From an uncultured bacterium (lineage in GTDB: Bacteria; Electryoneota; AABM5-125-24; Hatepunaeales; Hatepunaeaceae), in assembly GCA_964627035.1 (NCBI GenBank), contig CAZVKN010000016.1, positions 5,615 to 69,614 of the forward strand: DNA of 64,000 nt. The letters run 5' to 3'. The notes beneath the pieces are model-generated. The model had not been told where the DNA came from, ran no database searches, and saw only the letters and a program-made list of their open reading frames with translations. Of the stretch, positions 57,106-64,000 are shown piece after piece. The position numbers and the translations under genes were made by a program. Position 1 is the stretch's first letter, and each line of letters opens with the position of its first letter.

Positions 57106-58718
57106 CTGACCTTGAAAGAACCTAAGGTGATAAAAAGCAATAGTATCCCTATAATCCAGAACCTGATGACGATTCTTGACTGTACCTGAGCTCCTACCAT
57201 TTCGAGTATTTTGCTCATCAGTCCGGGATTACTATTAAGGATATCAGGATTGATCCTCAACAGTTCATGTTCTATTTTCGGTGAAATCCTTTTTCTGAAT
57301 TTATCACCCAGTGTCACCTCGTAGTGGTGATGAAGAGGTGCTATCTTCAGTATGCGCCTGCCTTTACCGAATCTAATTCGCGTGTACTTAAACCAGTATC
57401 TCTGAACGAATGATGAACCGATTTCAACTATGAGCACACCGGCGAGAATTATCAGGAACAATTCCTTTTTGATGAGTAGAGTCGCAGTTGCCAGCCCTCC
57501 ACCTAAAGCCAGCGAGCTTGCATCTCCCATGAATGTCAATGCCGGATATGCGTTGTACCACAAAAATCCGAGCGAAGCACCGATGATCGCAGCACAGTAG
57601 ATTGAGATTTCTCCTGCATTGGGGATGTACATTATATTCAGGTAGCTGCTGAACTGAAAATGACCACTGACATAAGCGAGTAATCCTACACCAATCGAGA
57701 TAATTGCAACCTGACCGATTGCCAGACCGTCCATTCCATCCGTCAAATTAAGCGCATTTGAAGTGCTAAAAATACAAACTGTTACTATCAGTACAAACAT
57801 AAACCCTATACCCCAAAATGCCCAGTTCAGGTGCATGTCCTTGACAAACGGTATTGTAGTTTCTGTGCGATGCTCAAGATATAAATTCTTGTGAATATAT
57901 TCCGGGAAAATATCTTCCAACAACAGCCGGTTAAGCTTAATAAGTTCTTTTTCAGTTGGTTGAGTTTTTAATAGCTGTTCTGTTTTACTCCTCAATAATC
58001 CCAGTTCTAACCATCCATTCAGTTGATTGTGCAAGTCCCGACTACTGATCAGTATATTAAGTTCATTTATCAGGGTTGTGCGGATGTCATATAAGCTCGG
58101 TGATCCATTACTGCCGATTCTATCAAACATATAACGCGTATTGTCCGAGAACTGACCTTTCAGGAATCGGCATGTCGGATCGCTGTCATCCCTGATTTTA
58201 AGGGCAAATTCGACAGGATCGTTCAACTCACCTACCTGAAATCTCGCTGTCCCAAAAAAGGATGTGGGTGAATAATACAGCAGCAAACCTACTACCAATC
58301 CCAATAAGACCTGACTGACACTCTTAAATTTCTCCGGAAGACCATTCTTCCACCCTTTAATCTTCATAGTGTCATCAATCAATCCGACAGTTCCCATCCA
58401 AACAGTTACACCGAGCAAAAGAAGAATTGGAGTATGAGTCACCCTCGCAAACAGTACAGTCGCCAACAGAATCGCCGGAATGATGATCGTTCCACCGAGC
58501 AGTGGTGTACCTTCCTTGATCTTATGGTTTGCAGGAGTTCCTTCACGAACTTTACTGACAATACCCATCTTCTTTGACTTATCAATCGCCCAGGGACCGA
58601 AGATGTAGCTGATGAGAAGTGCTGTGACCGCAGCTCCAACAGCACGGAATGTGATGTAATTAAACAGATTACTTATGATGTGGTCTTGTGCGAGAAAATC
58701 AATCAGATATTGAAGCAT
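57102..58718 (-). CDS. mraY: Phospho-MurNAc-pentapeptide transferase with two large insertions (538 aa)
   Basis: YITFRA, KEGTPLLGG, IDD, NLTDGMDG, FMGD, APLHHH. Confidence 0.93.
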   Translation of the reverse strand: MLQYLIDFLAQDHIISNLFNYITFRAVGAAVTALLISYIFGPWAIDKSKKMGIVSKVREGTPANHKIKEGTPLLGGTIIIPAILLATVLFARVTHTPILLLLGVTVWMGTVGLIDDTMKIKGWKNGLPEKFKSVSQVLLGLVVGLLLYYSPTSFFGTARFQVGELNDPVEFALKIRDDSDPTCRFLKGQFSDNTRYMFDRIGSNGSPSLYDIRTTLINELNILISSRDLHNQLNGWLELGLLRSKTEQLLKTQPTEKELIKLNRLLLEDIFPEYIHKNLYLEHRTETTIPFVKDMHLNWAFWGIGFMFVLIVTVCIFSTSNALNLTDGMDGLAIGQVAIISIGVGLLAYVSGHFQFSSYLNIMYIPNAGEISIYCAAIIGASLGFLWYNAYPALTFMGDASSLALGGGLATATLLIKKELFLIILAGVLIVEIGSSFVQRYWFKYTRIRFGKGRRILKIAPLHHHYEVTLGDKFRKRISPKIEHELLRINPDILNSNPGLMSKILEMVGAQVQSRIVIRFWIIGILLLFITLGSFKVR

Positions 58719-60208
58719 TATTGATCAGTCTCCCGCTTAATCCAACCAAGTTTGTTCAATGCCTCCGCTGCAATCAACCTGTCATCAAAAGAATGTTTCA
58801 CACCATATTCCTCCTGATAAGGCTCATGTCCTTTTCCGGCTATCATAAGGATATCATTAGAGTTAGCGTTACCAACTGCCTTCTCAATAGCTTTTCTTCT
58901 GTCAACTTCACGTGTAACTTTATACAATTGTTCAGGTGCAATGCCTTCACAGATCATCTGTATGATTGAATTCGGCTCTTCGGTTCGGCTGTTGTCACTT
59001 GTGACTATTACTCTGTCAGCAAGTTCGGCTGCAATTTTACCCATTATCGGGCGTTTTATTGTGTCTCGATCTCCTCCACAGCCAAAAATGACAACTAAAT
59101 CTCTGTCACATATATTTTTAAGCGATTTCAACGCCCTTTCAAGAGGATCCGGGGCGTGAGCGAAGTCAACGAAAACTGAGAACGGCTGCCCGTGATTCAC
59201 AGGTTCCATTCTACCGGGGACAGCCTTCAGAGCTTTTACACCGTTAATCACATCATCCACTCCCAATCCTAATCCCATGGTGACCGCAGCAGATAGAGCG
59301 ATGTTTTCACCGTGAAATATCCCGATCAGTGGAGTGGTTACTTCAAATGATCCGTAGTTTGAGTCAATCCTGAAGATTCCCCCATTAAAGTTGTGCTTCA
59401 CTGTGTGAGTCGTAAAATCCGCCCAGCTTTGTGAGTTGCCGAATGTGGTCACAAATTCAGAATTAGCCTCTTCAATCATGAACTGTCCGTAAATATCTCC
59501 GGCATTAACAACCGCCAAGCCATTCTTGGGTAGCATCTTTAGAAGCAGTGATTTGGCTTCTATATAGTCTTCCATTGATTTGTGAAAGTCGAGGTGTTCA
59601 TGGCTTAAATTTGTAAATGCACCGACCACAAAGTGAGTCCCGTCCACTCTGCCAAGTGAGAGTGCATGTGACGACACTTCCATAACGCAGTACTCGCATC
59701 CTGCTTCAAGCATCTCATTCCACAGTGAGCAGAGTGTGTCAATCTGAGGGGTCGTCAAGGTTGACCTGATCTTCTGTTTACCGGTATCATATTCAATAGT
59801 ACCGATCAAACCGGACTTCTTACCGGCAGATGACAGAATTGACTGGATTATGTAGGCAGAACTGCTCTTGCCTTTAGTTCCGGTCAAACCGATAATTCTT
59901 AACTTCTGTGACGGATTGCCATTCAGCTCATGAGCCAGTTTCACGAGTGCTACTTTAATATCTTCGACCTGAATTCCCGGGATCGGTAGATTATCAGGTA
60001 GAGTATCTTGGGTGATTACCACGGATGCACCTTTGTCAGCAGCCGCTTCTACAAAATCCAATCCGTTGACTTTTTCACCTGATCTCGCCAAAAAAGCATA
60101 TCCTGCTTTCACGTCCTGAGAATTCTGCGTTAATCCGGTGACCTCATCCGGCAGATCGCCTACAGAGCTGACCACTTCCAGATCATGCCATTTCATGCGG
60201 GTCAGCAT
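58718..60208 (-). CDS. murE: UDP-MurNAc-tripeptide synthetase
   Basis: GTKGKSS, MEVSSH, GCGGDRD, DNSR, AGKGHE; start adjusted to the TAATG overlap. Confidence 0.95.
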   Translation of the reverse strand: MLTRMKWHDLEVVSSVGDLPDEVTGLTQNSQDVKAGYAFLARSGEKVNGLDFVEAAADKGASVVITQDTLPDNLPIPGIQVEDIKVALVKLAHELNGNPSQKLRIIGLTGTKGKSSSAYIIQSILSSAGKKSGLIGTIEYDTGKQKIRSTLTTPQIDTLCSLWNEMLEAGCEYCVMEVSSHALSLGRVDGTHFVVGAFTNLSHEHLDFHKSMEDYIEAKSLLLKMLPKNGLAVVNAGDIYGQFMIEEANSEFVTTFGNSQSWADFTTHTVKHNFNGGIFRIDSNYGSFEVTTPLIGIFHGENIALSAAVTMGLGLGVDDVINGVKALKAVPGRMEPVNHGQPFSVFVDFAHAPDPLERALKSLKNICDRDLVVIFGCGGDRDTIKRPIMGKIAAELADRVIVTSDNSRTEEPNSIIQMICEGIAPEQLYKVTREVDRRKAIEKAVGNANSNDILMIAGKGHEPYQEEYGVKHSFDDRLIAAEALNKLGWIKRETDQ

Positions 60209-62322
60209 TACGAATCCTCGCCGTATATCATGCACGGATCACCCAGCGAAACCTGCTCTCCCGCAAGTGGCTGTTGTCGGACAACCCGACCGGTTCCTGT
60301 CACTTTGAAGGTTAAACCTGCAGATGTCACCTTTTTAACAGCGTCTCTCAATGACAATCCTGACAGCAGCGGCACAACCACTTTGGATGCTTCAAGTCCT
60401 TCAATAGGACCGACGGTCAGTTGAACAATTTCCTTAGTGGAAATCATAGCTCCCGGTGGCGGGATTTGATCGTAAACGATGCTCCCCTCACCGGAGATCA
60501 CATATTCAAGTTCTTTCTCTGACATTGTTGACTTTATCTCATCAGTTCTCTTAAAGCGTAGATCCGGGACCGACACCTGATGTTGATCTGAAGTCTTATT
60601 GCTGCCCCTTTTTACAAGCTGATAAAGCTCACTCTTCCGCTCAAGGATACGTTTTACAACACTTCGGAACACCGGCACAGCAACACTGCTGCCTCCATGC
60701 TCGTCATTCGGACCGTCCGGCTCGTCAACACTGATCAGTACCAAATATCGTGGTCGGTCAGCCGGGAAATAGCCACAAAATGTTGCTATATATTTATCAT
60801 CATAGTATTTATGATTTTCAAAATCAACTTTGAGTGCCGTTCCGGTTTTTCCGGCAATAGGCATATCTTTAATTGAAGCTCTGCGACCGGTTCCAAATTC
60901 AACCGTCCCCTTCAGACACTTTGTTAAAACTGATGCAGTATGTGACGACATCACCTGTCTCTTTACAACTACCGCTCGTGGTTCAGCCTGTCTGTTTGTC
61001 TGGCGCAGTCCGCGAATCAGTGTAGGCTGAAGCAGGTCCCCTCCATTGGCAATCGCGGCAAATCCCATGCTCAATTGAAGTAGCGATACTGCAGCCGACT
61101 GTCCGATCACAATCGAAGGTTTGGTCAAACCCGACCATTTATTAGGCTTTGGAATACTTCCTCTTGTTTCGCCGGGCAGCTCTATACCGGTTTTTTCATT
61201 GAAACCAAATCTCAGCATCATCGCATATATATCTTCCCGATCAATGTCCTGCATCATGCGAATCATGCCAACATTCGAGCTGTAAGCAATTACTTCCCTG
61301 AGGTTAATTAGACCGTGATTTCTGACATCCTTGAAGGTTTTACCATAAATAGTTATCCATCCGGGGTCGGTGTCAACGGTGGTCTCAGCGGTTGCAAGAC
61401 CTTTTTCAAGCAGCAGACTCGCCCCCACAATCTTCATACAGCTTCCCAATTCATACATATCCACAGTTGAGACATTCCGTTGGTTTTTCAGAGGATATTT
61501 GCGGTACTCGTTTGGATTCAGCGAAGGGATACTTACCATGGAAATAATCTCACCGGTCATCGGATCAAGCACAATTCCCGATGTGCGAATTGCGTTGTAA
61601 TAATTCAGTGCCTCTCCAAGTTCTTCCTCGAGTATAGCCTGAATTGCCAGTTCAATTGTCAATACGATGTCACCACCATCAACCGGAGGGATGTATGAAA
61701 GAGCTTCATCGAGATAGTGCCGTCCGAACACATCGAGCTGTACCACCCGTTTTCCAATTTTGCCGCCGAGCAGATCGTTGTATAACATCTCAATTCCTGA
61801 TCTGCCTACGTCTTTAATATCTGTAAAACCAACAATTTGAGCTGCTAAGGTTTGATGTGGATATATCCGCTTAACTTCTGAATCATATCTCAAATTCCAA
61901 CCAAGCGACTTGATTTGATCAGCTATCTGCGGTGACAACTTTCGCTCAAGATGGACAAAATCTTTGCCACCGGTAAGTTTATTTAAGTAAAATTTGGCTG
62001 GCCGTCCGGTGATGGAAGCCAGATCCTTTGCAAGCCAGACCGGGTCAATAACTCTACCAGGTTTCACGCCGGGCGAGATGAAACCGTCGATGTTCTCAGT
62101 CAGCGGGACACCTGTTCGGTCAAATATTGTGCCCCTTTTGGGAAAGAGATCAACCGTCAGACGGTACTGTCTTTGAGCATCTTTACGCAAATCATCCGAT
62201 TCAAAAATGTGCAGTTGAACCAATTGAACTAAAATCACAACGGACAACAGGCAGACCAACACCATAAACGGTTTTAGTCTTCCTTTTGATAGGCTGTTAT
62301 GCTCGTTTCGAGTGATTATCAT
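60208..62322 (-). CDS. ftsI: Division transpeptidase PBP3 with two PASTA domains
   Basis: RGTIFDR, SCMK (SxxK), SSN, KTGT, two C-terminal PASTA-like repeats. Confidence 0.93.
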   Translation of the reverse strand: MIITRNEHNSLSKGRLKPFMVLVCLLSVVILVQLVQLHIFESDDLRKDAQRQYRLTVDLFPKRGTIFDRTGVPLTENIDGFISPGVKPGRVIDPVWLAKDLASITGRPAKFYLNKLTGGKDFVHLERKLSPQIADQIKSLGWNLRYDSEVKRIYPHQTLAAQIVGFTDIKDVGRSGIEMLYNDLLGGKIGKRVVQLDVFGRHYLDEALSYIPPVDGGDIVLTIELAIQAILEEELGEALNYYNAIRTSGIVLDPMTGEIISMVSIPSLNPNEYRKYPLKNQRNVSTVDMYELGSCMKIVGASLLLEKGLATAETTVDTDPGWITIYGKTFKDVRNHGLINLREVIAYSSNVGMIRMMQDIDREDIYAMMLRFGFNEKTGIELPGETRGSIPKPNKWSGLTKPSIVIGQSAAVSLLQLSMGFAAIANGGDLLQPTLIRGLRQTNRQAEPRAVVVKRQVMSSHTASVLTKCLKGTVEFGTGRRASIKDMPIAGKTGTALKVDFENHKYYDDKYIATFCGYFPADRPRYLVLISVDEPDGPNDEHGGSSVAVPVFRSVVKRILERKSELYQLVKRGSNKTSDQHQVSVPDLRFKRTDEIKSTMSEKELEYVISGEGSIVYDQIPPPGAMISTKEIVQLTVGPIEGLEASKVVVPLLSGLSLRDAVKKVTSAGLTFKVTGTGRVVRQQPLAGEQVSLGDPCMIYGEDS

Positions 62323-62693
62323 TCTGAAGGTTCTGAGGTTTTGTTATGCTTGACATCCTCATCCAAACTATGGCTCGATTCCGGTATCCACACTGTATCA
62401 CAAGCAGTGTTCGGGAATATCATGCCGAGTTTTTCCCTGGCTGCCTTCTCAATCCGTGCCGGTTCTGACAGTTGCTGATACTCGACTGTCAAGATTCTTA
62501 GCTCGTTTCTCAGCGAATCTTCTTTCTGCTCAAGTGTCAGCACCCGACGTGCCAATTGATCGTGATAAATCTCTTTCTTCAACCATACAATGCACAAAAC
62601 ACCGGCTGCGACAGCTATGGCTATGATCTTCCAGAGCGGGACAGGAAGCCGACTGCCTGATTCGGTACTGTTTTGCGGTTGAAATTTGGACAT
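62319..62693 (-). CDS. ftsL: Cell division protein FtsL
   Basis: TM helix, coiled coil, RIEKAAREKLGM; between rsmH and ftsI. Confidence 0.85.
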   Translation of the reverse strand: MSKFQPQNSTESGSRLPVPLWKIIAIAVAAGVLCIVWLKKEIYHDQLARRVLTLEQKEDSLRNELRILTVEYQQLSEPARIEKAAREKLGMIFPNTACDTVWIPESSHSLDEDVKHNKTSEPSE

Positions 62694-62796
62694 TAGTGCG
62701 ATCTATGTATCAGTGGACTCGAGAATTCTATCAACCAAAATTGTTCAATGGTCTTAGATTTTCAGAAATTTTTACAAGCTAAATTTTGTTGACCGC

Positions 62797-63711
62797 CTAT
62801 CTTATCTTCTCCGCCGCGCGCAAAAATGCTGAACGGCTTCTCGGATTTTTGTCAATTTCTGTCTGACTCGGACGTATCACTTTATGTGTCAGGATGTTAA
62901 GATCGGGCTGGGCAGTGCAGACACAGACTGGGAACGAGGGGGGACAAACACATGTAAGAGCATGTTCTTTGAAGAAATTCTTAATCAATCGGTTCTGAAA
63001 TGAGTCGAACACCAAAAAAATCATTCGACCACCAGGTGCCAACCATTTGAGAGCGGCAGGCAGCATCTTCTCAATAGCGCTTAGTTCATCATTAAGTGCC
63101 AAACGGATGCTCATAAAAATGCGGGACAATCTCTTTTCAATAAATTGTGGGGAGGAATTCTTCCTAATCACCTCAGCAAGGTGCCCGGTAGATCGGATGG
63201 GACGGGCATTTGCAATTACCGATGCGATTTTGGATGCGTTCCGCTCTTCACCATATTTTCTAATTATATCAGCTAATTCGTTTTTTGCAATGTTGTTGAC
63301 AATTTCATCTGCAGTGATTCCTTGAGTTTGATCATAGCGCATATCCAACACACTGTCGAATCTATGACTGAATCCTCTGCTCTCATCGTCCAATTGATCG
63401 CTTGATAAGCCGACGTCACAAAAAAATCCGTCTATTTTACCGACTCCCCACTCAGAGATAATGTTGTCGGAATCTGCGAAATTACCATGAACCAACGTGA
63501 CTCCGTTCCAATCGGCAAATCTCTTTCTTGCATGTTCAATGGCTTTGGGGTCCCAATCAATTCCAAGCAGTTTCAATGATCTATCAGCGGATTTCAGCAA
63601 TGCCTCTGCATGATTTCCACCATTAATCGTCCCGTCAACGTATTTTGTACCGCCGTTTTCCAAGAGTAGTTTGGTTACATAATCAACTAATATTGGAATG
63701 TGGTGACTCAT
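62797..63711 (-). CDS. rsmH: 16S rRNA m4C1402 methyltransferase
   Basis: HIPIL, DVGLSSDQLD, RGFS, LDMR, NPRSRSA. Confidence 0.95.
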   Translation of the reverse strand: MSHHIPILVDYVTKLLLENGGTKYVDGTINGGNHAEALLKSADRSLKLLGIDWDPKAIEHARKRFADWNGVTLVHGNFADSDNIISEWGVGKIDGFFCDVGLSSDQLDDESRGFSHRFDSVLDMRYDQTQGITADEIVNNIAKNELADIIRKYGEERNASKIASVIANARPIRSTGHLAEVIRKNSSPQFIEKRLSRIFMSIRLALNDELSAIEKMLPAALKWLAPGGRMIFLVFDSFQNRLIKNFFKEHALTCVCPPSFPVCVCTAQPDLNILTHKVIRPSQTEIDKNPRSRSAFLRAAEKIR

Positions 63712-63712
63712 G

Positions 63713-64000
63713 CTACACTGCCGGTGGATCTACACCCGGATCCGATTTCCGGTTTTGTTCCTGTTTTTCCCGTTTTGGACTGTCGTATAGATCCATTCTT
63801 GCTTTATTTTCATCGTACTCTTGAGTTTTCTCTTTTTCGTAAGCGTCAAGGAGCGTCGGATTCCATATTTCAATGTGGTCTTTATGACCATATATCACTG
63901 CTTCCCGGGTTAGCCTGGCAAACTCAAGCAACTGTTGTGGGATCTTCATTCTCCCCTGTTTGTCAATGCTGCAGTCGGCACTGTAACGGTAAAGACCGCG
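63713..64000 (-). CDS. mraZ: MraZ, 5' end outside the window
   Basis: Frame open to the window edge: ..CSIDKQGRMKIP..HIEIW; upstream of rsmH. Confidence 0.9.
   Translation of the reverse strand, partial: RGLYRYSADCSIDKQGRMKIPQQLLEFARLTREAVIYGHKDHIEIWNPTLLDAYEKEKTQEYDENKARMDLYDSPKREKQEQNRKSDPGVDPPAV

Noticed and set aside
57879-58256. Intein in MraY
   Set aside because: No splice-junction residues or LAGLIDADG motif, and the location is extracytoplasmic
62731-62792. Imperfect inverted repeat between rsmH and ftsL
   Set aside because: AT-rich arms far apart; too weak to call

Overview
64-kb bacterial chromosomal window, mostly housekeeping genes, probably from a non-Bacteroidota FCB-superphylum lineage such as Calditrichota/Electryoneota (inference from T9SS genes, a sigma70 lacking region 1.1, and E. 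coli-like promoters with SD sites). In order: tRNA-Glu; two degenerate DHH-family paralogs; a TPR-E2-lipA-half-ferritin operon; folC-rhomboid-asd-NatB-like permease; two large acidic T9SS-CTD cargo proteins flanking a methyltransferase pair and an AbrB/RelE TA module; an orphan HTH-like gene, a structured intergenic RNA candidate and sigma70-TPR-folP-rimI-accD; a hybrid kinase, lipoprotein and M48 peptidase; Moco riboswitch-moaA-TSUP; a minus-strand porU-porV-(M6 pseudo-protease)-[TA cassette]-(peptidase/propeller/Omp85)-two exported paralogs cluster; ftsEX; and a dcw cluster (mraZ to ftsZ) lacking murF/ddl, with an enlarged MraY. Intergenic DNA carries several REP/RPE-type palindrome families, including a MITE with TIRs and a 5-bp TSD nested inside another palindrome. 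Best leads: the T9SS-like operon with a leader terminator, the MraY insertions, the RNA structure plus terminator upstream of the sigma factor, the nested MITE, and the DHH pseudo-enzymes. All calls come from reading motifs by eye; no searches were run.
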